Shown here: piece by piece, positions 16,896 to 26,617 of the stretch
How the letters are laid out: the number at the start of each line of letters is the position of its first letter
Position numbering within the stretch: position 1 is the first letter of the stretch
Source: a bacterium
GTDB lineage: Bacteria; Patescibacteriota; Doudnabacteria; UBA920
NCBI GenBank assembly: GCA_021847435.1
Contig: JAJZRC010000001.1
Location: forward strand, 1-58,913
Direction: 5' to 3'
Length of the DNA stretch: 58,913 nt
Program-made: the position numbers and the translations under genes
The notes under the pieces: model-generated
What the model was told of the DNA's origin: nothing
What the model saw: only the letters and a program-made list of their open reading frames with translations
The model's database searches: none

Positions 16896-18821
16896 CTAAA
16901 TTATGGATTTAACTGCTTTAATAATAGCATCCTTGTCGATTTCCATAAACGCCAGCAGCTCGCCCGGCTTGCCGCTATGAGGGATTTTATCCACTGACAG
17001 GGCTTTGAATTTCACGCTTAAGCCCGATTCGCTGATGCCGTACAGCACGGCTTCGGCCAGGCCGCCTTCTCTGTGGTTGTCTTCCACGGTAATAATGGCT
17101 TTGGTCTCGGCAGCCGCCCGCTGAAGCGCCTTCAAATCCAAAGGCTTGATGCTGTACAAATCAATGACGCGGATGCTGATATTTTCCTTTTGCAGCTCCT
17201 CATGCGCGGCCAGAGCCTCGTGCAGGGTAACGCCCGCGCTAATCACGGTAGCGGCATCAAAATCCGATGATTTAAGCGTGCATGACCCCCCGATTTTAAA
17301 TTCGTGCCGGGTTAACTTGTCTCTTGTCTCTTGTCTCTTGCCACTATACAATATCGCTGTTTCTTTCCTGGCGGTCTGTAAATAGACATTCCCCCGGTGC
17401 TTGGCCGCTTCATAAACCAATTTTTCCGTGGAAACCGCATCGCTAGGGTACAGCACGACCGTTTCCGGCAGCGCGCGGAACATGGCGATTTCTTCCAAGC
17501 CCATTTGGGAACTGCCGTCTTCGCCGATGGATACGCCCGCATGGGAACCGACAAATTTGATGTTGCTCTGGGCCAAAGCCGACATGCGGATTTGGTCATA
17601 GGCGCGGGTCAAAAAAGCGGCAAAAGTGGAAACAAACGGCACTTTTCCCCGGCGCGCAAAGCCCAGCGCCGCCCCGACCATGTTTTGCTCCGCTATGAAC
17701 ATTTCAAAAAATCTCTCCGGATGTTTTTTCTTAACCGCATCGGCATAAGTAGAGTTGGAAGTTTCCGCGTCCAGCACTACCACATCCGGGTTGGCGTCTG
17801 CGAGATGCGCTAAAGCATTGCCGTAGGCTTTTCTGGTTGCCACCGGCTTGCCGTCCAAATAATCGGTAAACTTCATATCCGAACTTGCCGCTTGCGACTT
17901 GCCGCTTGCAACCGGTTCCGGCTTTGCCATTTCCCCGACAGTACGGGTGTCCGCGCCTCCCAGTTCCGACAAGGCCTGCTCTAATTCCTCACGCGAAAGC
18001 GGCTTGCCGTGCCAGCCGTCCTGGTTTTCCATAACACTCACGCCCTTGCCTTTTAAAGTTTTGGCAATAATAATAACCGGTTTCTCATTTGAAATTGGGA
18101 ATTGGGAATTGGGAATTCCTTTGGTCCTTGACTCTTGGCTCTTAAAATTTCCTTGCGTGATAACTTTAAACGCGTCCTGAATTTCCGCAAGGTCATGCCC
18201 ATCAATCACAACCGCTTCCCAACCAAAACTCTCGACTTTTTTTTGATAAGATAAAACATCATGCCCATACATGGTTTCTCCCCTTTGCCCCAGACGGTTC
18301 AAGTCCAAAATGCCGACTAAATTGTCCAGTTTATAGTAAGCAGCCAATGCCATAGCTTCCCATACGCTGCCTTCGGCCATCTCGCTGTCCCCCAGCAGCA
18401 CAAAAGTCCTGTAAGACAGTTTGTCGAGCTTGGCATTTAAAGCCATCCCCACGCCTACGGAAAGCCCCTGGCCCAAAGAGCCGGTCGGCACTTCGGTATA
18501 AGGAAAAGCGGAAGTCGGATGGCCTTCCAACGGGCTGCCGAATTTGCGCAAAGACAGCAGCTCGGATTCGGCCACTTTGCCTGCCGCGGCGTAGATGGAA
18601 TAAAACAGCGGCGCGGCGTGGCCTTTGGAAAAAATCAGCCGGTCGTTGTTCAAATATTCGGGGTTATCCAGATCATAGCGGTAAAAGCCGCCAAAACACA
18701 GCACAGCCATCAGGTCCGCGGCTGACAGGCAGGAGGAAGGATGCCCGCTGCCCGCTGCCGTGGTGGAAACCAGAGAATAATACCTAAGCAGCCGGGCCAA
18801 ATTTTCCAATTGGTTTTGCAT
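16896..18821 (-). CDS. tkt: transketolase (single fused polypeptide)
   Basis: 641 aa. GSGHPSS, GSLGQGL and GDS.MAEGSVWEA form the TPP-binding region; pyrimidine-binding and C-terminal domains follow. Contains three short heptamer-repeat-encoded inserts. Confidence 0.9.
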   Translation of the reverse strand: MQNQLENLARLLRYYSLVSTTAAGSGHPSSCLSAADLMAVLCFGGFYRYDLDNPEYLNNDRLIFSKGHAAPLFYSIYAAAGKVAESELLSLRKFGSPLEGHPTSAFPYTEVPTGSLGQGLSVGVGMALNAKLDKLSYRTFVLLGDSEMAEGSVWEAMALAAYYKLDNLVGILDLNRLGQRGETMYGHDVLSYQKKVESFGWEAVVIDGHDLAEIQDAFKVITQGNFKSQESRTKGIPNSQFPISNEKPVIIIAKTLKGKGVSVMENQDGWHGKPLSREELEQALSELGGADTRTVGEMAKPEPVASGKSQAASSDMKFTDYLDGKPVATRKAYGNALAHLADANPDVVVLDAETSNSTYADAVKKKHPERFFEMFIAEQNMVGAALGFARRGKVPFVSTFAAFLTRAYDQIRMSALAQSNIKFVGSHAGVSIGEDGSSQMGLEEIAMFRALPETVVLYPSDAVSTEKLVYEAAKHRGNVYLQTARKETAILYSGKRQETRDKLTRHEFKIGGSCTLKSSDFDAATVISAGVTLHEALAAHEELQKENISIRVIDLYSIKPLDLKALQRAAAETKAIITVEDNHREGGLAEAVLYGISESGLSVKFKALSVDKIPHSGKPGELLAFMEIDKDAIIKAVKSII

Positions 18822-18826
18822 AAATT

Positions 18827-19138
18827 TTAATTGATGTTATCTGATTCAAAATTTTTTAAAACTTCTTCGGCCTTGGCATACAAAGCTATTTCTTTGTCTT
18901 TTTTTCTTATTAGTTCCAAATATTGTTCCTGTTTTTCTTCAATTTCAGCCGCCAGCCTGGCCATTTGGACATTTAAAAAACCAACCGCTTCCAAACCGCC
19001 TTCTTTAGTGGCTTGTTTTTTCACCTTCAGCAGCTCTCTTTTCAGCTTTTTTATTTCCTTTTCCAAATCAGCCAAACCATATAAATGTTCTATGGTTTGC
19101 TCCGCATGGCGGGAATAGTTGAATTTGTCGTTTTTCAT
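18827..19138 (-). CDS. small coiled-coil protein, unknown function
   Basis: 103 aa, K/E/L-rich heptad-like sequence. Tightly packed in the operon, 5 nt from tkt. Confidence 0.55.
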   Translation of the reverse strand: MKNDKFNYSRHAEQTIEHLYGLADLEKEIKKLKRELLKVKKQATKEGGLEAVGFLNVQMARLAAEIEEKQEQYLELIRKKDKEIALYAKAEEVLKNFESDNIN

Positions 19139-19147
19139 AAGGCAAAA

Positions 19148-19852
19148 TTACCTGTCTAATAAGTATTTTACCCTATATTTCCAAATTGCCCAAAAACCCC
19201 AAACAGCATCCTTAAAACCGATGTGTTTTCCCTGAATTTTGCTTCGCGGATGGTAATCAATGGGCACTTCCAAAATTGCCGCTCCCTGTTGGCAAAGCTT
19301 GGCCGCTAATTCCACCTCCATTTCAAAACCCGAACTTTCAACCTGGGTTATTGCGCTTTTGGGAAACAGCTTGTAACAGGTATACAGGTCGCTGAGGCGC
19401 TGCCAAAACAGCAGGTCAAAGGTCCAGGTCAAAAGTTTGGCGCCCAGTACATAGTGCCAGCCCCTTTGGGGATGCCGCTTTACGCCCCTGTTGCCGAATA
19501 CGGCCGCTAATTTGCCGCCTGGCCGGATTTGGGACAACAGTTTTATAAATTCCGCGGGGCTGTACTCCAAATCAGCATCCTGAATTACCACGTAATCGCC
19601 GCCGGCCAAAGCCAGGGCAGTATTTATGGCTGACCCCTTGCCCAGGTTCCTGCCATGGCTGACGAAGCGGAATTTGGCGGGATATTTTGACGCAAAGTCC
19701 CGCAAAATTTTTTCCGTGCCGTCACTGGAGCCGTCGTTTACCGCAATAATTTCCTTGCTCCAGGATCCGATATTTGCCTCCAGGGTTGCGTCCAAAACCT
19801 GCCTGAGCGTAGCCTGTTCGTTATGTACCGGGATCAAAATACTTAACTTCAT
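19148..19852 (-). CDS. family 2 glycosyltransferase (polyprenyl-phosphate sugar synthase-like)
   Basis: 234 aa. LSILIPVHNE, VNDGSSDGT and VIQDADLEY are GT2 DxD-type motifs. Confidence 0.85.
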   Translation of the reverse strand: MKLSILIPVHNEQATLRQVLDATLEANIGSWSKEIIAVNDGSSDGTEKILRDFASKYPAKFRFVSHGRNLGKGSAINTALALAGGDYVVIQDADLEYSPAEFIKLLSQIRPGGKLAAVFGNRGVKRHPQRGWHYVLGAKLLTWTFDLLFWQRLSDLYTCYKLFPKSAITQVESSGFEMEVELAAKLCQQGAAILEVPIDYHPRSKIQGKHIGFKDAVWGFWAIWKYRVKYLLDR

Positions 19853-21474
19853 GGCTGCACCACCTTAAAATTCTCCGGGGGGATATAATATTTTTGGATG
19901 AGTTTAACATTATCTTTATCCTTGCGGATAAAAATAATGTTGTAGCTGTCGGCAAAAACCGGCACCCAATTTTCGTCCTGAATGCGGCTGATTAAAAACT
20001 GCTGGGCCCAGGGAGTGTAGTCGCGGTGGGAAAAGAAAATCGCATTGAAATGATACTGTGAGTCCAGCTTTTCCCAGGCATCCGGGTCTTGTTGCGGAGC
20101 CTTATACGTTTTTTCAAAAAAATCTTCAGTGTAAGCTTCAGGCCGGTTGTCTACGAATACCTTTTCGCCCGGATGCAAATAATAAATCAGGTAGCCGCCG
20201 ATGTCATAGTCGTTGAAAACCGGCCCCCTGATTTGATTCTTCAGAAAAAACTCCGCCGAAGCGCTGTTGCCCGGCAGAAGCCCGATGCCGAACTTGGCGC
20301 CCCGATCCGCAAGCGCCTGCCACTGCGGCAGCAACAAAGCCGCGGCCGCAAGCGCCCCCGCGGAAAAGGCCATAATCCGGTACGCCACATGCCGCCTGGT
20401 CCATGAAAGCAGCCGCGCGGCGGCCGCGGCCGAAAATGGCAAGGCAAACAGCGCAAAACTCGGAAAATGCCTTATGCCGAAATACGCCATGGTTCCGCTG
20501 GCAGCGACTAAAATCACATCCGGCCAGCTCACGCGCCGCCAGGCCGCGGCCGCCCACAATGCCAACAATCCCGCGCAGACCGCAACTGCCGACTTGAACA
20601 AGACAAAATGTTGGCTTGCGCCAAAACCCAAATTCTCCAAAAACCTGACCGACTGATTCTCAACTATCAAATAGCCGTAATTTTTAAAAATATCCAGCGG
20701 GTATAACAGCGCCTTGTAGCCAAACGGATTCACCAGGGCGAGCAAGGCGCTCAGCAAGGCAAAAATCAGCAAAGGAATAAACCCATTGGGCTTGCCGCGA
20801 AGCAGCTTGACCAGCTGTTCCAGGCCAAAAGCCCCCAAAAGCAAAAAGCCGAAAACAAAACCAATGTGCAGATTCACCCACAACAGCATAAAGAACGGCA
20901 GCGGCACAAGCCACTTATGTTTGAGCTTGCCCGCGCGCCACTGGCTTAAAATAACGTAAAAAAGAGCTGAAAAAAAATAAGTGAACATCTCCGGCCGAAC
21001 TTCGGAGCGGCTGGAAACAAGCGGCATTAAAAATATAGAAAAAAATGCTGCCAGCCAAAAATTACCGGCGCGGGCCGCTGCGAAGAAAAATAAAGCCAGA
21101 GTCAAAACTCCCAGCAGGATATAAAAAACCGACAGGCCCCCGAAACCCTGCCATTGGCCAAGTACATAAAAAATTACCCCGCTGAGCCAATGATGGTTGA
21201 CGAACTTTTCATCAGGCAGGGTATAGGAATAAAAATTGGTATTGAGTGCCGCTATCTTCTCTTCCATGGAGCCGTGCAGAATAATCCGCCCGTTTGTTAT
21301 GTGGCGGCCGAGGTCCGCGGTAGTCAAATCTATCTTTTCCGCCAGCTGCGCGCCGAACCAGGCCAGCAAAAATACAATAACAATAACTTTTAAAGTTACG
21401 CTTAAAAAAACGAGCGCTTTTGCCTTGCCTGCCCGGCCCGGAAACATACCCATAATTCCTGGTTCATGGTTCAT
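19849..21474 (-). CDS. polytopic membrane protein, possible GT-C-type glycosyltransferase
   Basis: 541 aa with more than 10 hydrophobic helices and a soluble C-terminal domain. Shares a 4-nt overlap with the GT2 gene. The function is inferred from position only. Confidence 0.6.
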   Translation of the reverse strand: MNHEPGIMGMFPGRAGKAKALVFLSVTLKVIVIVFLLAWFGAQLAEKIDLTTADLGRHITNGRIILHGSMEEKIAALNTNFYSYTLPDEKFVNHHWLSGVIFYVLGQWQGFGGLSVFYILLGVLTLALFFFAAARAGNFWLAAFFSIFLMPLVSSRSEVRPEMFTYFFSALFYVILSQWRAGKLKHKWLVPLPFFMLLWVNLHIGFVFGFLLLGAFGLEQLVKLLRGKPNGFIPLLIFALLSALLALVNPFGYKALLYPLDIFKNYGYLIVENQSVRFLENLGFGASQHFVLFKSAVAVCAGLLALWAAAAWRRVSWPDVILVAASGTMAYFGIRHFPSFALFALPFSAAAAARLLSWTRRHVAYRIMAFSAGALAAAALLLPQWQALADRGAKFGIGLLPGNSASAEFFLKNQIRGPVFNDYDIGGYLIYYLHPGEKVFVDNRPEAYTEDFFEKTYKAPQQDPDAWEKLDSQYHFNAIFFSHRDYTPWAQQFLISRIQDENWVPVFADSYNIIFIRKDKDNVKLIQKYYIPPENFKVVQP

Positions 21475-21516
21475 AATTCTTAAAGGTATTCTAGCAAAAA
21501 CTCAGATTAACAAAAA

Positions 21517-21543
21517 GCCGCCCTGAGCCGGTCAAAGGGCGGC
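21517..21543 (-). terminator. intrinsic terminator downstream of metK
   Basis: Minus strand reads GCCGCCC-(13 nt)-GGGCGGC followed by TTTTTG. Confidence 0.5.
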
Positions 21544-21563
21544 TGCCGTACAAACCGATACGG

Positions 21564-22781
21564 CTATTTCTTTTTAAGGAGTTTTTTAATTTCCCTGACC
21601 TTGTCGGTTTTTTCCCAGGGCAGCTTCAAATCATTGCGGCCAAAATGGCCGTAAGCCGCGCAGGCGCGGTAGATCGGGCGGCGCAAATTCAGATTTTTAA
21701 TGATCATGCCGGGCCGCAGGTCAAACACCTGGCCGATGATTTCCACAATCCGGTCTTCGCTGATCCGGCCCGTGCCGAAAGCGTCCACGCGCACGGACAG
21801 CGGCTCGGGCACGCCGATGGCATAGGCAATCTGCACTTCGATTTTTTTGGCCAATCCCGCGGCCACCAAATTCTTAGCCACATAGCGCGCCATATAGCTG
21901 CCGCTGCGGTCCACTTTGGAAGGGTCCTTGCCGGAAAAACAGCCGCCGCCGTGCCGCCCCATGCCGCCGTAGGTGTCCACGATAATCTTGCGCCCGGTAA
22001 GGCCAGTGTCCCCTTGCGGCCCGCCGATCACGAATCGGCCGGTGGAATTCACCAGAATCCTGGCGTGCTTGTCCAGCAGTTTGGCCGGGATTATTTTTTT
22101 TATGACGTGCTTGATAATTTCACTTTTCAGCTTGTCGCTGTCTACGTCCGGGTCGTGCTGCGCCGCGATCAGCACCGTATGCACCCTTTTGGCCTTGTCG
22201 CCATTGTACTCCACCGTAACCTGGCTTTTGCCGTCCGGCCTTAAGCCCTTGATGATGTTTTTCTTGCGGACTTCGGCCAGCCGCTTGGTGAGCTTATGCG
22301 CCAGCACGATTGGCAAAGGCATCAGCTCTTTGGTCTCGTCCGTGGCCAGGCCGAACATCAATCCCTGGTCGCCGGCGCCGATTTTTTCCAAGTCCTCCCT
22401 CACCACCCCGCCCTGTTTACCTTTAACAAAAGAGTCCACGCCCATGGCAATATCCGAGGACTGCTCTTTTATTGCCACCATCACGCCGGAAGTCTCCCAG
22501 TGGAAGCCGTATTCCGCGTCAGTGTAGCCAATATCCTTAATGACTGCGCGCGCCACTTTTGGGATGTCCACATAAGTACTGGTGGTTACTTCCCCTGCCA
22601 CCACGCATACGCCGTTAGTCAGCAGGGTTTCCACGGCCACGCGTCCGCGCGGATCCGCTTTTAGAATGGCGTCCAGCACGGCATCCGAAATCTGGTCAGC
22701 CATCTTGTCCGGATGGCCTTCGGTTACGGACTCGGAAGTGAATAACTTTTTTACTGTCTGTGGTTTTACAATTTTCTTCAT
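21564..22781 (-). CDS. metK: S-adenosylmethionine synthetase
   Basis: 405 aa. Contains [16 protein letters not shown] and [16 protein letters not shown]. Confidence 0.95.
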   Translation of the reverse strand: MKKIVKPQTVKKLFTSESVTEGHPDKMADQISDAVLDAILKADPRGRVAVETLLTNGVCVVAGEVTTSTYVDIPKVARAVIKDIGYTDAEYGFHWETSGVMVAIKEQSSDIAMGVDSFVKGKQGGVVREDLEKIGAGDQGLMFGLATDETKELMPLPIVLAHKLTKRLAEVRKKNIIKGLRPDGKSQVTVEYNGDKAKRVHTVLIAAQHDPDVDSDKLKSEIIKHVIKKIIPAKLLDKHARILVNSTGRFVIGGPQGDTGLTGRKIIVDTYGGMGRHGGGCFSGKDPSKVDRSGSYMARYVAKNLVAAGLAKKIEVQIAYAIGVPEPLSVRVDAFGTGRISEDRIVEIIGQVFDLRPGMIIKNLNLRRPIYRACAAYGHFGRNDLKLPWEKTDKVREIKKLLKKK

Positions 22782-22983
22782 ATTTAGAAATTATTAATGA
22801 ACTCCCCATCCGCCTTCGCCAAGGCTTCGGCGGATTATTGGCTATTTATAACAAATTATGGACAATAAAAAAATTCCTTTCTTTATCCCCTCAATCGCTT
22901 GAAGGTTGGCACCTTCTCCTAACCGGAAAATCAGGATGGGTTGCCGTCCCGATAATATCGGGAACTCTTGATAAACTTTATTT

Positions 22984-23161
22984 AATTTAGGACTTACGCA
23001 CTGAGCCAAGTTCGAGGCATTTTCCGAGGATTTTTGGAGGCGTAGCCGGGTTACGCCGATAAAAACCGCAAGAAAATAACGAAGAAATGGCCGGAGCCGC
23101 TTTTTATGGGACGGGCTCTGCCCGCCCAAAAAGCGGCGGTGCGTAAGTCCTATAATTAAAG
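22984..23161. repeat. MITE-like palindromic element, copy 1 (178 bp)
   Basis: Terminal inverted repeat TAGGACTTACGCAC / GTGCGTAAGTCCTA. Near-identical to 58682..58912 apart from two internal insertions in the latter. Diverged relative at 41568..41747. Confidence 0.8.
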
Positions 23162-23188
23162 TTATATTACACCAAGTAATTTAGCGCG

Positions 23189-23722
23189 TCAACCAAACCA
23201 CTCCGCGTGCCGCCCCAAGCGCCCGCCGCGGATCCCCGCCCCGGCCGGGTCAAAATCCTCCCACTTCCCCTGCAGCCTGACCTGCAAATACTGGTGAGGC
23301 ACGAAGTTTAAAAACACGGCCCTGGCGCGGATGTCATCGGGAGCAAAAAACCGGCTGCCCGCCAGCAGCAAAAAAGACAAATAATTAATGCCCTGGCAAT
23401 ATAAAAATTTTTCAGTATGCCACATTTCTTCCGGGTCCCTCGCAAATAGCCTATGCAAATGGGTGCCCGCCTTAAAGCGGGTGTGTCCCCATTGCTGCAG
23501 GGACTTTTGCAGAATCAAATCATAAGCATGCTGCAAATACTCCCCCGGCCCTGAAGATTTCCTCTCCAGGTTGGTGATTGCCAGCTTAATATCATTAGGC
23601 AACCGGCCGGGCAATACTAATCTTCCGCCAAAACCCATAAACGGCACGGCCAGGCGCAAAAGAAAAAATACAATAAAAAAATAAACCGCGATAACGGCTA
23701 AAACCCAAATTAAAATCTGCAT
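23189..23722 (-). CDS. N-terminally membrane-anchored protein, unknown function
   Basis: 177 aa. TM helix ILIWVLAVIAVYFFIVFFLL, then a soluble domain. Confidence 0.6.
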   Translation of the reverse strand: MQILIWVLAVIAVYFFIVFFLLRLAVPFMGFGGRLVLPGRLPNDIKLAITNLERKSSGPGEYLQHAYDLILQKSLQQWGHTRFKAGTHLHRLFARDPEEMWHTEKFLYCQGINYLSFLLLAGSRFFAPDDIRARAVFLNFVPHQYLQVRLQGKWEDFDPAGAGIRGGRLGRHAEWFG

Positions 23723-23743
23723 ATAAATCCGAGATAAAATATT

Positions 23744-23989
23744 TTAAGGCAATAAGTGCTTTTTGAGAGAAACCCTACCCGAACCAGTTTTTAGATAATA
23801 CTCAAATTCTTTGGCTGATTTTTTGTCAGCAAAGCCTAAATAACAAATTAGCTTCCAGGGCTTAAACTTTTTGGTATGTTTAGAGTCGCCCCAATCATGA
23901 ACTTTAACTCGAGATTTTAAATTTTCGGAATAGCCTACATAATGTTCTTTGGGGAAATTTATGCTCTGCAGAATATATACGTAAAACAT
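23744..23989 (-). CDS. GIY-YIG nuclease-family small protein
   Basis: 81 aa. Begins FYVYILQS ... HYVGYS and has an E-F-E-Y-Y-L-K region. Sits next to tRNA-Gly. Confidence 0.85.
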   Translation of the reverse strand: MFYVYILQSINFPKEHYVGYSENLKSRVKVHDWGDSKHTKKFKPWKLICYLGFADKKSAKEFEYYLKTGSGRVSLKKHLLP

Positions 23990-24108
23990 ACAAGCCCGCC
24001 TTCGTCAGACTTCGGCGCGCAGCCTTCGCTGTTTAATTTTTATTTTAATGCTTCCAATCTTCAACAAATCTACTTCTGGCGTAAGCCAGCCGAAGCTTTA
24101 GCGAAGGC

Positions 24109-24183
24109 TGGAGCGGGTAGGGGGAGTCGAACCCCCATCATCAGTTTGGAAAACTGAGATAATAACCGCTATACGATACCCGC
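24109..24183 (-). tRNA. tRNA-Gly (anticodon UCC)
   Basis: Minus strand: GCGGGTA TC GTATAGCGGTTATTATC, anticodon arm TCAGT-TTTCCAA-ACTGA, T arm GGGGG-TTCGACT-CCCCC, then TACCCGC-T-CCA. Confidence 0.9.
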
Positions 24184-24250
24184 GTAAATTTCTACATTAT
24201 GATACCAAAATTAAAGCGCCCGTTCAAGGGCGCTTTTTATATAACCTCGC

Positions 24251-24538
24251 TTACTGGGGACGGAGCTTGATAGCTTCCTTAAACGCCTCGCCGGCTTTGA
24301 ACTTCGGCGTATTCAGTTCGGGAATGGTAATCTTCTGGGAAGGATTTCGCGGGTTCACGCCGATTCTGGGGGCGCGGTGCGAAACGCTGAATTGGCCAAA
24401 GCCGGAAATATTGACTTTATCCCCTCCCCGCAAAACTTCGTAAACCATTCCAATAAAAGTATTCAGAAATCTTTCCGCCTCCGTATGGGTAATGCCCAAT
24501 TTGGCGGCCAACTGTTCGGTGAGTTGTAGTTTGTTCAT
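24251..24538 (-). CDS. hup: HU-family DNA-binding protein
   Basis: 95 aa. MNKLQLTEQLA ... GFGQFSV..R..R.GVNPR. Confidence 0.9.
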   Translation of the reverse strand: MNKLQLTEQLAAKLGITHTEAERFLNTFIGMVYEVLRGGDKVNISGFGQFSVSHRAPRIGVNPRNPSQKITIPELNTPKFKAGEAFKEAIKLRPQ

Positions 24539-24667
24539 ATGTTTGTTCCTTTGCCTTAATGGTAAAAGTATTTGCGCGCTCCGGCATCGCCACCGCCAGG
24601 GCCCAAAACCTATATTTAACTGTCTATATTATAAACTATTTTTCAAAAAACCGCTACAAACAATCCT

Positions 24668-25150
24668 TTATCCAGCCGCTTCTTGCCCGCTATCGGCATT
24701 ATCCGTTTGCGCAGGCTGGGTTTCGGGCAGCTCGGCCTCCGGATCCAGCTCCTTATAGAGCGTGCCCATGACCCCGTTGACGAACTTGCCGCTGCTTTCC
24801 CCGCCAAAAGTCTTGGCCAGCTCCACGGCTTCGTTAATCGCCACTTTGGGCGGCACCTGCTTTAAAAACATCAATTCAAAAACGCCCAGGCGCAAAACAT
24901 TGCGGTCCACGGGCGGAATCTGGTCCATTGGCCACTCCGGCGCGTGCTTAATCACAATTTCGTCTATGGCTTTAAGGTTTTCCTTGACTCCGCGGGCCAG
25001 CTCAAAAATAAATGCGGAGTCATCCACTTCCTTGGAAAATTCCGAGATATGGCTGTTTAAAATTTGGTCCAGGTCGTCCTTGCCGCCGTTAAAATCCCAT
25101 TCAAACAGGGACTGCATGGCAATGGTTCTGGACAGGTGGCGATTGGCCAT
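24668..25150 (-). CDS. nusB: transcription antitermination factor NusB
   Basis: 160 aa. [11 protein letters not shown] ... [13 protein letters not shown] ... INEAVELAK. Confidence 0.9.
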   Translation of the reverse strand: MANRHLSRTIAMQSLFEWDFNGGKDDLDQILNSHISEFSKEVDDSAFIFELARGVKENLKAIDEIVIKHAPEWPMDQIPPVDRNVLRLGVFELMFLKQVPPKVAINEAVELAKTFGGESSGKFVNGVMGTLYKELDPEAELPETQPAQTDNADSGQEAAG

Positions 25151-25249
25151 AAAACAAATGACAAAAATTAAAAAAATGGCAAGATTGACAGAAATTGCAA
25201 AGCAGGTTTAACTTTTTTCATTTCCGTCGTTTTTGTCATTTTTGTCAAT

Positions 25250-25420
25250 TTACTTTGTAATTTTCCTGCCTTTGTAATAGCCGCAGGATTTGCACGGCAA
25301 GTGGGGCATTACGGCCCCCCCGCAGTTCTTGCAGACCGCAAAACTGGTGGATTTAAGAGCGTGATGGCTGCGGCGCTGATTGCGGCCGCTTCTGGTTTTA
25401 TGCTTTTTGGGAACTCCCAT
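25250..25420 (-). CDS. rpmF: 50S ribosomal protein L32
   Basis: Hand translation gives MGVPKKHKTRSGRNQRRSHHALKSTSFAVCKNCGGAVMPHLPCKSCGYYKGRKITK, 56 aa. Too short for the ORF track. Confidence 0.9.
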   Translation of the reverse strand: MGVPKKHKTRSGRNQRRSHHALKSTSFAVCKNCGGAVMPHLPCKSCGYYKGRKITK

Positions 25421-25462
25421 GTTTTAGAAAAATTAAAGATTTAAAATTGAAGGATTGGAAAA

Positions 25463-25720
25463 TTACTGCCAACCCAGCTCACAAATTATAGCTAAAAAGT
25501 TCAGCCGCGTCAACTGTGAAGCGGGTAGCTGGTTGCCATTGCGGTTCTGCAAGATTATGTGCAAAGCATCATCTATGCCACTGCCGATTGATTCGCCAAC
25601 TGGCGAACTCTTCTCTTGGGGCTGTATTTTATTTGGGGTTTTTAGCCCACCAATTAACTGAACCGAGTATTCTTTATTTTTGAAACCGCTAAACAGCACT
25701 CTAACACCAGGCTTGCCCAA
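25463..25720 (-). CDS. hypothetical 85-aa protein (TTG start)
   Basis: ORF with GGAG 6 nt upstream of the TTG. I recognise no family. Confidence 0.3.
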   Translation of the reverse strand: MGKPGVRVLFSGFKNKEYSVQLIGGLKTPNKIQPQEKSSPVGESIGSGIDDALHIILQNRNGNQLPASQLTRLNFLAIICELGWQ

Positions 25721-25885
25721 TGTTACTCCGGCTCGATTTTAGCGATTTAGAGTTCAACCGCCCAAAGCCTTAGCCGTGGACTGTTTCGTTTACTATCCAA
25801 AATTATTTTACCCTAAATTTTTCCAAACGAAAAGGGCCAAGGACTCAAGAACCAACGAGGTTCAAGAATCCAAGGCCCCAAGTGC

Positions 25886-26482
25886 TTACTCGCGGACGAG
25901 GACGCAGCAATAGGCGTGGAACTCTTCGCCGGGGCCGCACGGGCCGACGCCGACGCCGCGCCCATCGCCGCAGACGAAGAGATTGCCGCAGAAGAACCGG
26001 CCTGAAGCGTCGAGCCAAATCACGATGTGCGGCGCCTTGCGCTGCTCTTCCGGGAACTTGGCGCCAAACGCCGCCCAACCGGCCGGGGTCGTTGACTTCG
26101 GAAAAGAAAAGTAAATATCCTCCGCAGTCATGACTTTGCCAAGCGGAATGGCACGGACGTGCTCATCAACCGGCTGGAGAATCATGGGGATTTTATTTGG
26201 CGTTTCCGCCAGTCCCCGTTTCACCTTGCAATCCAAAGTGTTGATGGCGTCCGTCGCAGAGCGGATATTGTTGCCGCTGCTGACGTGGAAAATTTTTCCA
26301 GTCGAAGTCTGGACGACCTTCGGCACCCGGATAATGTCATCATCGCTGATGGCCGCCGAGAGAGCAAGGGAAATCTTCTGTGCTGGCCGCTGCCGTTCCC
26401 TCGCCGCTTCCATTACATCTGCGAATTGTCCCAGAAGAGCCGCTTGCTCTTCAAGGGTATACTCAAAATTGCCACTACTCAT
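25886..26482 (-). CDS. orphan 198-aa soluble protein with its own consensus promoter
   Basis: ATG at 26482 (MSSGNFEYTLEEQ...) is preceded by AGGAGG and a 6-nt spacer. Cys/Gly-rich C-terminus (FFCGNLFVCGDGRGVGVGPCGPGEEFHAYCC). I recognise no family. Confidence 0.65.
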   Translation of the reverse strand: MSSGNFEYTLEEQAALLGQFADVMEAARERQRPAQKISLALSAAISDDDIIRVPKVVQTSTGKIFHVSSGNNIRSATDAINTLDCKVKRGLAETPNKIPMILQPVDEHVRAIPLGKVMTAEDIYFSFPKSTTPAGWAAFGAKFPEEQRKAPHIVIWLDASGRFFCGNLFVCGDGRGVGVGPCGPGEEFHAYCCVLVRE

Positions 26483-26617
26483 GGCGCACCTCCTGGGTGT
26501 TGTTGATTGTCGGAAAACCAATGGCTACTCACCAAGGTCTCTGCCCTCGAAATTGAAAGCAGAAAATAACAGCATTACTAATAAGCTGCTATTTTCAAAT
26601 TTCAAAATTAACCCATA

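Noticed and set aside
22842-23129. 95-aa ORF, and also ORFs at 41548..41794 and 58389..58586
   Set aside because: The first two read through MITE-like repeats and the last reads through tRNA-Val. None has coding signatures.
24109-24183. Integrated element at tRNA-Gly or tRNA-Pro (genomic island with integrase)
   Set aside because: There is no integrase or recombinase gene anywhere in the window, and no direct repeat of the tRNA 3' end. Only a GIY-YIG mini-gene abuts tRNA-Gly.
25845-26133. Arg-rich ORFs (77 aa minus strand, 83 aa plus strand)
   Set aside because: They overlap, or are antisense to, the 3' end of the SD- and promoter-supported 198-aa gene. Their composition is poly-Arg/Pro.
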